From contig JAKMXF010000016.1 of the NCBI GenBank assembly GCA_024704765.1, positions 34,292 through 98,291 on the forward strand: DNA of 64,000 nt. Reading direction: 5' to 3'. The stretch is from Oopsacas minuta (Eukaryota > Animalia > Porifera). The position numbers and the translations under genes were made by a program. Position 1 is the first letter of the stretch. Every line of letters begins with the position of its first letter. Positions 24,701-37,469 of the stretch are shown here, in pieces. The notes beneath the pieces were generated by a model. It did not search any database. It saw only the letters and a program-made list of their open reading frames with translations, and had not been told where the DNA came from.

Positions 24701-25169
24701 GTAGGTCGGAACTTAATGTGTACCTTGGTTCTATATACCACTTACGACACAATTTCAAAAAAGTTTCCAAGCGACACATAAAGGCGCCATCGAGGGTATA
24801 GCATTTGCCCGCCCCAAAAAGATTTGCTGGCTACTTGCTGTCGCATCGCTTCTTTGTACCATTGCATAATTGTTTCGATTATATCAAAGGAATCGCATTG
24901 GGGAAGAATTCTTGCTTCCATTCTAAGATATCTTTTGGTTTTTGGCTCAATATTTTATGAATTTCGCAATGCAGCTCTGAAAGATATGTTTCTGATTGAA
25001 TACTACAAATTATCGATGGTTTCATTGGGTTTAATTGTCAATTATCTTTTCTTCAATGTTTGGAATTCTTACCACTTCCTCTACATTTAAGAGTTGTGAT
25101 TTAGGTGTAAAGTCGTCCGTTCCAAAATTATATAATCACTATGCTTTTCCTATAATAAACTTTTCCTGA

Positions 25170-25480
25170 AGTTCTGCCATCAATTTTTGTTGGTGAATTA
25201 TTTTCCATTATCTGGTATTATCTGAGTAGGTAAACCTTTGCTACAATATACAGAGAAAACACCCCTCGCAACTTCAGTAGCTTCTTTGTTTCTTTATTTT
25301 CTCGTTTCAACCAATTTTGTGAAATGATCCACCATCCTAAGAATGTATTGGTGTCCATTTGACATGATCAAAGGTCCAGTCAGATCTATCCTTACACGAT
25401 ACCACGGCATAGCAATTACAGGTAGGGGCTTAATTGGGCGTTTGAGTGAATAAGTATTGAGACTGCACCGTTCACAATTT
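25170..25480 (-). mobile_element. Retroviral-type integrase remnant (Gypsy/Ginger-like)
   Basis: CERC...RPIKPLPV...PWYRVRIDLTGPL..SNGHQYIL..VDHFTK...*...A.EVA.......GLPTQII.DNG*FTN; rve motifs with in-frame stops. Confidence 0.8.
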
Positions 25481-26316
25481 ATTCAATGTATTTATGATTA
25501 AAAGGCCGTATAAAGTTTGTTATTCAATTAGTGCTCCGTATTGTAGGAGGACTATTGGTACCAAAATGTATTATAATCTGGTACAAATGGTCCCCCTTAG
25601 TTAATGTATACGATTTTAAGCGAAAGGTAAGGGAAAACCAAATAAATAGAAATGAAGCCATATTGAATTGTTATTAACAAGGGCTTCGGAATTAAGAGGA
25701 GACCATTTACCAGAACAATACCACTCTATAATTGCTCAGTACGAATTAACAAATCTATTTCATATTGAGAGGGAAGTGTTATAGTTAATAATGGAAAATT
25801 GGGAGGGAATCCGCATTTCCCATAACCCTGTATGAAACCCTGTCAGTGGAATGAATTGAGACGATATTCAGAATCGATTTCTGTAAATTTCTAACTTATT
25901 CTGTGTGAACTTAATCTATAATACTTTAGTGTACCATTCCCCGCCAAGGATAATAGCCAATATGAATATTTTAAAATTTTGAATATTATCAATAAGCAGT
26001 TTAGTATTAGAATGCGATTCTTTAGAATATGAATTAGTTTGACCAAGAAATCGGTTCGTATATAGTCTCAATCCATTCCACTGACAAAGATGAGTGTTTT
26101 GAAACTTTAAACATAAGGTGATCATTTTCCAACCAAAATGATGTCAGCGACGCTGTGAAAAGGGACCCAAGTTCCTAACCTGTATGACGCCCCTGAGAAG
26201 TGGAGTATTTCCACATTGGGTGCAGAGTCTTGCATATACACTCCACTCTGGAGGTAATACTGTATACGCTATGCCTATTTTATTATCTCTATTCTCCCAA
26301 TAACTATTAGCCACAA

Positions 26317-26685
26317 ATGACGTCATACAAAGAGACATTTCTTATCCTAATCTTGTTCCTACTTGTTATATGTCTAGGAATAGGCTATTTTGATAAAGTA
26401 CATAAATGTAATGAATTGGGGGAAATAACTTCAATGGAGAAAGTTCTGATAGTTGATGGATTGGAAATTGAAAGTAATATCAGCAAAGAGGAATTATCCA
26501 TGAAATTATGTGAAGAAGAGATACAGGAAAAACGTAATTACATTGATAAATGCATTAGCAATAATGAATTACAGAAAAAGAATATCCCTGAACTAACAGA
26601 TAAAGAAGAACATAGAGAAAGTCCTGAGGATACACCTTTGATACAATTGATCGATGGTAAGTTGATAGCAGAGTCCTGTCATTAA
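26317..26685 (+). CDS. Orphan 122-aa protein with N-terminal signal/TM anchor and E/K-rich body
   Basis: ATG in an A-rich context; hydrophobic FLILILFLLVICLGIGYF; coding-like composition; no family recognised. Confidence 0.5.
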   Translation: MTSYKETFLILILFLLVICLGIGYFDKVHKCNELGEITSMEKVLIVDGLEIESNISKEELSMKLCEEEIQEKRNYIDKCISNNELQKKNIPELTDKEEHRESPEDTPLIQLIDGKLIAESCH

Positions 26686-26979
26686 TGCAGACTGACCTGC
26701 TCAGACCGGAGCAGAATTTTCCAGGACAGGTTAATCGCAAACGATTTCAACTTTCATATTTATTCTGCTATAATAAGTGGATGAAGAGACACTTTATATA
26801 ATTCACAATTTATTCAAATGGTTTCACATTATTTAGTAATTTCCCGGATATACAATGGATAATTCAATCCTGGTTACTGAAATACGAATATCTTTTATTA
26901 ATTCTCAATTGTTTGTTTGTTTGTCCGTTGTCAAGGAAAGGATTTATAGGTATGCAATTTTGAAATTATCGCATAATTA

Positions 26980-27493
26980 CACTCCCTGGCCAATAGTATT
27001 GGAACACTCTACCACAATTGACACAAGGCACAAAATATGTATCTACTTCAGTTGCATAGGGTGAAGATAATTTAAAACATCTATGAACTTATTTCAATCA
27101 TTACTTTTATCATTACAATCGCCTTTTTCTGATATATTTTCGGACTATTCAATACGTATATTCTCGCAATGTGCTACATACCACATGTGTCATTAATGCT
27201 ATGGTGCAGGGCCGTAGCCAGAGCGTAGTGATAAGAGGGGCTTGTATACTTAAGATTTTTATATCTATTTTTTGGGGTAGGCCCATACCCAAACTCTCAA
27301 GCTACTTTGGGGGAAGGTAAAATTATGTATAGTCAATTTGACATATTCACAAAGATTTCCTTGGTTTAACTAATATTTAAGATCTAAGATAGTAAAGATC
27401 AATATAGCTTAGCAAAAATTTACGGGGTGGTTAAATTTGCTAGGGGGGGGCTCAGCCCTGCTATGGTGTTCCAATACTTTTGGCCAGGGAGTG
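26980..27493. mobile_element. Tc1-type MITE inserted into the (GTTT)n repeat
   Basis: TIR CACTCCCTGGCCAATAGTATTGGAACAC / GTGTTCCAATACTTTTGGCCAGGGAGTG with TA duplication. The flanks rejoin as CATAAT-TA-TGTATTT, as in the uninterrupted copy near 58010. Confidence 0.9.
27207..27460. mobile_element. hAT-type MITE nested in the Tc1 MITE
   Basis: Ends CAGGG...CCCTG with perfect 8-bp TSD CTATGGTG (27199-27206 and 27461-27468). Confidence 0.85.
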
Positions 27494-28141
27494 TATGTAT
27501 TTATCGTGTTTATCAAGGAAGTAAATAGAATTCAATAAAACTTCACTAAATATATCGAACATACTGAATCCAATTTTCACACTTTTGGATTAATCATACG
27601 TGAAGTTATTGTTGTTTTTATTAATATAAAGTAAACAAATTAGCCAAATCTCAAAATATACATACAGGCTCTGTCAACCTTGTAATAACCACCACCGGGA
27701 ATATTCCTCCTGGGACGTTGGATTAAATTGGTTTTGGTATATTTTCCAGGGCTGTCTTAACTCCACATTCCTCCCCTGTGAATATGTACCCAAAAATTAA
27801 TTAAGCTATTCACTTATAATTCTATTTCAAATAGGTTTACAGCAAATACTAAAGTTTGGACAAGTAAAGTTGGATGAATGCTATCAGGAAAGGTAATTTA
27901 CATAAATTACAATATTCTACTCATTTCTAATGTTATATACCTACAATAGAATCTCAGTAATCTGGATAATAAGAACAAATATTTACACAAAATACGGTCC
28001 TTGTAGGGCGTTCCCAGGATTGGGCATACCAGGGACCAACCCGGCCTGAAATTTCGAATCCGGACAAATCCCCCGTTTGCCTTCCTCCCCTTGAGACCGT
28101 CACTGGTCCCTACAATTGTTTTTCAATTGATATTGCATGTT

Positions 28142-28764
28142 ACAATATACTGTATACTCTACACAATATACTGTATACTCTTCACAATATACTGTATACT
28201 CGACACAATATACTGTATACTCTACACAATAGACTCTATACTCTACACAATATACTCTATACTCTACACAATATACTCTATACTCGACACAATATACTGT
28301 ATACTCTACACAATAGACTCTATACTCTACACAATATACTGTATACTCTACACAATATACTGTATACTCTACACAATATACTGTATACTCGACACAATAT
28401 ACTGTATACTCTACACAATATACTGTATACTCTACACAATATACTGTATACTCTACACAATATACTGTATACTCGACACAATATACTGTCTCTTATACAC
28501 ATCTACACAATATACTGTATACTCTACACAATATACTGTATACTCTACACAATATACTGTATACTCGACACAATATACTGTATACTCTACACAATATACT
28601 GTATACTCTACACAATATACTGTATACTCTACACAATATACTGTATACTCGACACAATATACTGTATACTCTACACAATATACTGTATACTCTACACAAT
28701 ATACTGTATACTCTACACAATATACTCTGTACTCTACACAATATACTCTGTACTCTACACAATA
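28142..28764. repeat. 21-bp minisatellite, ~29-30 units
   Basis: Unit TACACAATATACTGTATACTC with minor variants. It explains the spurious ILYTIYC/YSTQYTV/ILCRVYS ORFs. Confidence 0.97.
28486..28504 (+). other. Tn5 mosaic end / Nextera adapter sequence (probable assembly artefact)
   Basis: Exact 19-mer CTGTCTCTTATACACATCT at the point where the minisatellite phase shifts. Confidence 0.9.
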
Positions 28765-29628
28765 TAGTGGTTACACGCGCTAATTATTGCATAATAATTA
28801 ATTAACAAACATAGCTACATGTTGTTGTAATTGGAATTTGAAAAATTTGCGGAATTGGAACTATTGAGCAATTTTTGCCATTGAATTATCCTGCTTCAAA
28901 CCCTCTAATCTGATAGGTCAATACATTTTGAGGCCAATCTCAGAGCGTTTTTGAGATATCGCTTAGATCTTAGATTTGTTCCCAGATTTATCATACTACC
29001 AAATTACAAGTCTCTAGCTCTTACCAGTTCTTTAATTAATTCCTAACAAAAACAGTTTTACTTATGACTCTATTATCGTTAAGTTATATCCGGTCAGAAC
29101 AGTCCCCTGTAACTGGAAAATTTGTCCTATCGGGGCTGGATTCGGTTAGCCAGTTAACCGATGCTATCTCCAGTTCACTGCTAGGGAAATATACCTGCTT
29201 AACCGAATAGTGTCATTTCTACCAATTTATTCTGTGTTCTGCTAGTTATGTATTTATGAGATGTCACATTTTAGTTAGTTATTCTCGAAATTCTATCATT
29301 TTGTAAGATACAATCGTACATGAATGCATATATAATAGCTATGTATTGATATCTTCAATTTGTGTAACAAAACTTCATTGATTGTATTTAATTCTGATTG
29401 CATTGGTTAACCAACTCATCCCTGGTCCTATAAACCATTTTCCATTGAATTTTGGTGTAAATTGGTCCAGGAAGTTTCTCGTATTAGTGTCCAGGCTTCC
29501 AGGAGAGTGTTTGTTCGTATGCCAGACTACCTTCTGATTGTTTGATAGCTAGTTCAGGTCTTGGTCTGGATATCCCTTTAAAATTGCATATCAAACAACT
29601 TGACGAATGTCCGTTTATCATATATTGT

Positions 29629-31348
29629 ATGTTCAATAGAATTACACTAAAGAGCACGTATAAAGATTGTTATCATAAAGATACAGTGAGTCGTGAAGAC
29701 ACGAGTATATTCAGAAACGGTAGTTCAGTGAATAAGATAAAGAACTTCATTGTATTCTTAGGATATCCTCGGAGTGGAGGTAGTATTGTAGGAGCTGTAT
29801 TAGACGCTCATCCACACGTAGTTCTATCTAACGAATTCAATCCTGTAATGAGATGGACAAAATCTGAAAGAGGGACAATAGCTAAATTTAATAGATTTGA
29901 ATTGTTTAGAAATATTAAGAACGCTGCTTGGTCTGATTTACATAACAATGGTGGTACCAGGAGTAAGACATTTAACTGGAAGTACTATACACTGGATATA
30001 CCAGGATTATTTCAAGGAGAATACAAGGATTACATACAAATAATTGGAGATAAACGTAAGGACATTATTTCTATATTTACTGATTCTTTCTAGGATGTAT
30101 GTAACAAAGAAGAGCCTTTCTTACTGTATTTCTCATCAATATCTTTGTTCGGATATTGAGTGAGAAATACTGTGTTGTGTTGTGTTGTGATTACATGTTC
30201 GAATGATAGATACAGCCAATTCAGTAAGATATAATTACAGACAAATAAATTGTATCATTGCAGACAAATACAGTCCATTAACATTTAATTCATTGGCGTT
30301 CTGTGGTAGCTATGGTGTTGCTACCTGGAATAACGAGCATCTCTTGCTCGCAGTGCACGATTGCAAACACTCTGTGTTCGCATGTAACTCGGCACTTGGT
30401 GGCTTGATGTTTTTATAAGAACTAATATTACACATGACTTGAGAATGCGAATTTTGATTCAGTGTACTAAATTTGCACATATATCGTCTCAAAAATTTGT
30501 TTACTAAATATTCATAACATCAAATACATAGTTTTTATTGAATTCTGACTTCTCAGTATTGAGAATTCAAATTTGAATTAGCATTCCATAAATCCTTTCC
30601 TTGACAACAAATATACAGACAGAACTATCATTTGTAATCTTATAACGACGAATCGATAAAACGACTAACTTTTCTTGCCCAGAAATACTCAGCAGTATAT
30701 GAAACTACATCGGATATAGCGACAAATCAGATATAGCGACCATTTTTGCCTGCCCAAACGAGTGTCGTTAAATCCAATGTTTATTGTGGTTAGTTTGTTC
30801 CCAGTAATAAAGATACTATCCTTTTAGAAGACAACCATCTAGTTGACTATGATACAGGAAATGATGACTCAAAGAGCTTTATTCAACTACTTGAGAGATT
30901 CAAAGATTTCGTTGGCTATCAGGTGAAATTCTTTCACACTGTACGCAATCCTTACGATAATATAGCAACAGTTCTTCTCTATAGACTTAGTTCACGGAAT
31001 CAGGTAATCAAGTCTGGTAAAACTATCAACAGGCCTGATATTTTAGTATCAGTTATTAAGCAACAGTTTGTCCTCTACGAGAAAATACAAAGATATTTAG
31101 AATATTTTGGAGATAGAGTTCTGACTCTCTATCATGAAGACTTGATATCAAATCCTACAATATACATACAACGGATGTGTAATCATATGGAGATTTATTG
31201 TGGGGAAGATTATGTAGAGAAAGTATCTAAAAGTGTATTCTCCAAAGCTACGGAGAGTAGACATAGTGTTGTGTGGAATCAGGATGCTAAGACTAAGGTC
31301 GAATCTGCTATTCAAAAATATTCATTTCTTAACAGATACAAATTTTAA
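29629..31348 (+). CDS. Sulfotransferase-family protein; at least 2 exons
   Basis: FIVFLGYPRSGGSIVGAVLDAHP (5'-PSB loop). Intron 30056-30827 joins in frame (GDKQ). Exon 2 has TVRNPYD (3'-PB motif) and YHEDLISNP. The 5' start is uncertain. Confidence 0.8.
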
Positions 31349-32029
31349 TATTAATTATTCACAATTTTTATTGTGTGTCCATTCTGTAGAGTGAATTTCT
31401 TTAGTCTGTTTTTGTGATTTATTATCATTTTTATGTCTGTTTTGTGGTTTGTTTCTAATGCACAATGATCATCTTACTACCATCATATACTTATCAGAGT
31501 GTACCATGGGATCCACTTTAATACTCATCATATGTTAACCGAATACTTCCGGGAAAATGTGTGATTTTATGACGTCAAAAAGGTGCTAAAATCTCGTTTA
31601 TGGTGTAAAGAGGGACGTAGAATTCTAATTAACATATTTTAATGTCTAACAAGATTAGTAAAATTCAATTTTATCTTTCTTTGCTAAAATGAATATTTAG
31701 TAGAATAATATAATTTCGATAATCAACTAAAATTGATTTGGTAATATTTAAGGCTGCACAGACTGATTTGAGAATATTCTAGAACTTTACCAAAATTGTG
31801 TTTTCATTCCGCAACCTATTTCACAAGTGGAAGCTAATTTCTAGGATAATTTTTAACTATTAACCGAAAGCTGTGAAAATATGATTAATCATATGATAAA
31901 TCAGTGTATTACATTTAATAGAATGTATTAACCAACAGAATTACAGTCTCCATCAATACAAATACATTACAGAGCTAATTAAATTACAAACACTCCATCA
32001 AAACTAATTTTATTCATTTATGACTAATT

Positions 32030-32195
32030 GTAAAACTTTACAATCTGATTGGGCTAAAATACAGGTGTCAAAAGGTGTTAAAATATACACATTAGAAGTT
32101 TCCAAATGTCAGGTGCATAACTAGATGCCACTACAAGTATACATACCAAATTTGGTGACTTAATCTCTAAAGGTGTGAACAGCAGAGCCAAATTA
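32030..32195 (+). repeat. Dispersed repeat family, copy 3
   Basis: Shares ACAATCTGATTG, AAATGTCAGGTGCA, CCAAATTTGGTG and GAACAGCAGAGC with 4810-4965. Confidence 0.75.
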
Positions 32196-32379
32196 GAGGA
32201 AGAAAGGTATCCATTTGATTGATCCCATGGTATCAAATAGTACCCTGAATAACTCAGAAAATGTATAAACACACAAATCACTATAATTGGGAAATAAACA
32301 ACAAATAATAATAATAAGAATAAACAATGAGACAGGAGTAGTAGCTAAATGAGGATCATGATTCGAACAATTAGCTGCA

Positions 32380-32520
32380 AGATCATTAGCTCTGTAGAGT
32401 GAGACTGTATCATCGTATCTATCCGCTACTATTACGTATTCTTAACCACAATTATACCAGCTGGTGTATCTAATTGAAGATGTCTAACTCCACCTCTGTC
32501 AACACCAGATGCTACAGGGA
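32380..32520 (-). pseudogene. Possible NHL-repeat remnant
   Basis: Minus-strand LDTPAGIIVVKNT**VADRYDDTVSLY resembles an NHL repeat with stops. Confidence 0.3.
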
Positions 32521-34207
32521 TGTTCCTCTCTTCTTTAGGTGGAGCTATCTAGATGGGATCGTCACGGGTGGTGATACCAGATGAAGGAATGTCTATTCTG
32601 TTGTCGTAATAGTGACAGATCCTTCTTTGTATCAAATCATATGGATCATCAATTTGGAGATAAGGGATACCTCAAGGCGCAAAGCTCAGAGAGCTCGTGT
32701 ATTGTATATTCTATAGGATAGCATTATGGTAGTATTATACATAGCATAATATATAATTATAATATACCCATAACATTATACACAGAATCAGATATAAGTA
32801 GTAGATTAGTTATTTATTATTTGCTTTACAAACTTTTACTACAAATTCTTCATAAAAAACTTACAGGTAAGTTGGCTTCTTTGCCTTGGTGTCTACCCAG
32901 CACCTTATTATACAAAAATGAGTTTAATTATTGCTTCCCTTCTTTGTTACACAATTTAATTCCTACAGAATTTGGTTTGGATTGACAACGACCATCTTAT
33001 TGTCACAGCTCTGTAATAAGCCTTTTTGAATGGCTACCTTTCTTCTCCATTATGTTTACATAATACCATTCCCTTGGCAGCGTTGTAATTACCGCATTTC
33101 ATTAGCCTACCAAGGCAGATGTTCTGAATAAGCAAGCTATCTGGAAGAAATACGCTGTTATCACAGTGTTAGATTGTTACGTCACTTACATCTGTATTCA
33201 TCGGACTGAAATTATGTTTGTCCCAGACTCCTTTAGAGAAGGACTGGAACGTTGCAATCTCGGGGTTTTTAATTTGAGTCTAGGAAGCTCCAATTAAAAA
33301 ATTGAAAAAGTATTAGAACCTATATTTAACCTGTGTTATGGGCCAGACACAACCAAGAAGCTTAAATTAAGAGTACTGGCCACACTTCCCCTTTGACCTT
33401 AGGCAGATATGAACTTCCTGTTTTCAACGGGGTTTCCCCACTTGAGCGAAACGATGTCAAAATGAGACTCGAATAAAAGGGTGCTTTTTGGTGTTAAAAT
33501 AATACACATTTTGGTATCATAGATCAATTTCGTATAAATGGGAACTTTTTCACGTAAAGAACATTATTTCATCAAATGGCATCTCAGTACGAAACAACAA
33601 AAAGTGTCCTGCGTTAAGTTTTGAAGGTCATTCTTATAGATTTGACAAATTAGTGTCGGCCAATACTTAGAAACGATGGCGTTGTCGCACTTGAGATTGC
33701 AATGGCTGCATCTATAGTATGAATGGTCAGGGGATCAGTGATATTCAAATTAGAACTCCCATAAGCTTTGGAATATCTATTGAGTAGAACGAAGAACAAA
33801 TAATAATCTGGAAGGTTGACATTTAAGATCAAATAGAGCGATTGGAAAGGCACACGCAAATATCTATGAATTTGTGTGAAACTCATTAGAGAGCAAGGAT
33901 GTACAGAAACGCTATTAGCTTAAATAAATATCGGAAATATAAAGGCTTATTCCAAAAATATACAATACAGCAAATCAACGAAAATATTAGAAACCTTACT
34001 TTATCTTCTAACTTGGGACAGAAGAGTGCTGATAATATTGGACAACCAACAAATATATTCTCTGTGGGTAGTTAATATTCTTATATTTTCATTTATGTAC
34101 TTGTTTTGAATCTTATCAAAATAATTCAGTTTTTTATCTGTCAAATAATTGGGTTAATGGTTTCACTCAAGTGGGGACAAATCGGTAAACATAAACAGTT
34201 CAAGACA

Positions 34208-36600
34208 CATTCCCACTCGCCTATAATCGCGTGGTTCTCACATTCCTTAAACACATTCTCGTAACCAAGGCCCTTATATGGCATTTTTAATCGCATCGTC
34301 CGTTTTCTGGATTCCCAATTACGGAGAAAAAGGTGTTAATTAATCTCTGTTTAGGCGGGAGTCTTGTGGAAAATGAAATTATAAGAATTGTGGCAGAAGT
34401 ATGATAAAATAGCTGTTATGAGAAATACACGCCAGCTGGCCACTTAGAGATGGTTTCATCCATGGAGATATGAGTATTACAATGCTGTGTTACTTGTTTG
34501 TTAATTATTTCGTTGTTGATTATTACATTGGTGACGAAAGACAAGTATAGTAATAACAAATTGGGGTATAATGATATTAATAGGAGTAGAAGGGATGTAT
34601 ACAGGAGATAGTTCATTTCACACATTAAGAAAGTATCTAGAATGTTATACAGCAAAAATGAAAAAGACACCAGTTAATCGGGTCACGAAACGAAGTTTCG
34701 AATTTACAAATTAAGAAAATTCCTTACACTAGAAAGTATTTAATAGACTATAGAATATTTAGAAAAAGAAATAATCTGTGTTATTTATAAATAATGGAAA
34801 TAATCAATATACTAATGTTCAGGAAAATACATTATGAGTAAGGAGTAAACAAAAATACAAATAAAGTTATAATGCTGGTAACAATTCTATTTTAATTAGA
34901 AGAGTTATGCTGTCTTCTTTACAATATTTAGCTTCTAATATTTCAGTGTTTGAAATGAATGAATCAGTTCCATAACCTCTATTTCTTAGCTGAGTAGGTC
35001 TCTTGAATTTATAAGGAAAAGACTCCAAATCTTCCTTAGTTATTTGATTAGTGTATTCATAATTATTATTACTGTTAATGTGATTGAGTAGAATTAACGT
35101 ATATTTGTATCTGATAGGCCAGTGTAGTTTATCATCATAACCTCCTTTCATAATATGAATGGAAACAAATGCTTTACCTAAATTTAACCAATTACATTCA
35201 ATACAGCCCTGACACTTGTATAAACCTACATAGAATGGATCACTGTAAGTATACTCTTCGTTTTCTATCTTCTGTTTAACACCTTTAATCTTCCATTCCA
35301 ATTGTCCTGTAGATAGAGGCAGAGGTGTGTAAGAAGAGAGTACTTCTATAATTGATTTCAGTTCTGAATTAACTTTTGATAGCTCTTTTGTTTTACTTTC
35401 ACTTTCATTTTCTAAGAATATTATTCTCTCAGTTGCTCTATCCAATTCTTGAGATGTCTGAATTTGTTTCTGTTTCATATCAGTCATGGATAATCTGAAG
35501 TGAATGTGCATGAATTCTCTTTCATGAAGATCCATCTCTTTCCTCTCCATCTCCTCTCTACATCCATAGATCCAATAAGGACACTCTACTTTCTGTAGAG
35601 GACACAGGTCAGCTAGATGGACAGGAACATCTCTCCTCTTCATTTGTCTGGTCACTTCCTCTCCTTCCCTCACACATTCATTCGGACAAGGAACTGGAAA
35701 TTGCTCACAGCCCTCCAAATGAGGATTCATCTCACAAGCCTTCACTTTATTCAGACAGAATTCACACACAAGTTCTCTTAAGGGACACGAGTCTCTCTGG
35801 TGTTCTGGAATCCGTCTCTTCTCCAGCTTCATAACTTTCCCTCTCCTCTCTCCTTCTAAACAGACACACCCCAGAGGACACAGTACAGGAAGGAACTCAC
35901 ATTCCTCTAGGTGGTGTATTGCTGAAGTCACTGTGTCACTCCATTCACACCCTCTCTTCTTTAGGGGACAACTAATCTACAAATAAATAACTCATCTGTA
36001 GACACAAACAAACATTTGTAAATAACAACAAATAAACTACCATTTTATCGGAGACTATTTCACGGTTCATCTTTACTGGTTGCCATGCTACACCCTCAGG
36101 AATGCACACACCACACCTCAATTCTTCTTCATAGAGACAAGCATCTCTTAACAATCCATTACATAAGGCACATACTAATAGTTTCAGTTCCATTTTGCTG
36201 GATAAGTTATCTACCAACAAATCAACCCTCCATCCTCTGTAGCTACCATCCTCTGTCTTTATGTAGACCAAGTCCTCTCTCCCTTCTGAGTCTGTTATCT
36301 TCTCTGCCATTATACAATCTACGTATGTTTGTTGAATAGAATTATTATATAAATAAGAGTAACCCGAGTAATGATAATTGAATTATTACATATGGAATAG
36401 TTACAGGAATGGAAACAGCTAAGCTGTTAAGAGAAAACGGAAAATAGTAGCTGTTAGCATATATCACTAAACTAAATTCTATTTCTCTATCTCATCACTA
36501 TAGGAGACGATACGGTTAGTCAGGGTTCAGTCAGATCAATATTACTCGTTTCACACCTTAGGAAAGTATCTATAAATGATAATTATACAGCAAAAATGAA
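34208..36600 (-). repeat. Inverted segmental duplicate of ~17410-19755 (TRAF unit with flanks)
   Basis: Promoter, exons, intron and ~650 bp of 3' flank align in reverse complement with copy 1. Confidence 0.9.
34867..36310 (-). CDS. TRAF-like, copy 2; 2 exons
   Basis: Exon 36310-36041, 64-nt intron 36040-35977, exon 35976-34867. Same domains as copy 1; open frame. Confidence 0.92.
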
Positions 36601-36869
36601 ATAGACACACAGGGTAGTCGGGTCAAAACGGAGCTTCGAAGTTTCAAATTCAGAAAACTGTTAAAAGGATTTAATAGACTATAGAATATTTAGAAAAAGA
36701 AATAATCTGTGTTAGTTATAAATAATGGAAATAATCAATAATTGCTAATTGAGTGAGAAATACTATAGTGCTTGACCTACGACTATGTCTATTTTATCAT
36801 CTCCATATAATATATATTTATTAAGTGTGTTAGATTCAATTCTAATTTTACTGTGCCAGACAAATATAT

Positions 36870-37005
36870 ATATTTTCGCTCTACTGTTCACACCTTTCGA
36901 GACTTCTACCTGACATTTGAATACTTTTCTAATATGTGTATCTTCACACCTTTTGACCTCTGTATATTAACCCAATCAGATTGTAGGGTTATACAATTGT
37001 ACATA
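36870..37005 (-). repeat. Dispersed repeat family, copy 4
   Basis: CGCTCTACTGTTCACACCTTT, ACCTGACATTTG and CCAATCAGATTGTAGGGTT shared with the other copies. Confidence 0.7.
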
Positions 37006-37469
37006 ATAGTTTTGAATTAGTTCTGGTGGAGTTTAATACAGTAATACTTATCGAATGTATTACGTAACATTAATTGGAAGAGAGATGTATTGATACACAT
37101 TTATAATATAATTTCAATAATCCACTAATATTCATTTTTTGGTAATTTTAAGTCAGTACAGACGGTGATTTGAGAGTTTTATGTCAAACTTCAAATTATT
37201 CCTATAAGTACATAGACTTACCCTCTATATGAGTGGTTCCAACTTGGGATTGCAGTTATGGAAAGGTTCACAGAATGTGTAAAATTGGCCATGGGTGGAA
37301 TAGAGTGCACTACTAGCATATTAGTTTGGTAATGTTGGAAAAATATAAATTGGTGCATTGTTCAGCTATCTATATACACATAAAACAACAACAACAACAA
37401 CAACAACAACAAATCACGTGCTACATACTCTATTTACAACTAAAACCAGCTAAATTCTCATATTCCTGT

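Noticed and set aside
28091-28783. 230-aa and shorter ORFs, or a CRISPR-like array
   Set aside because: Translation of a 21-bp minisatellite. The units are contiguous with no unique spacers, and there are no cas genes.
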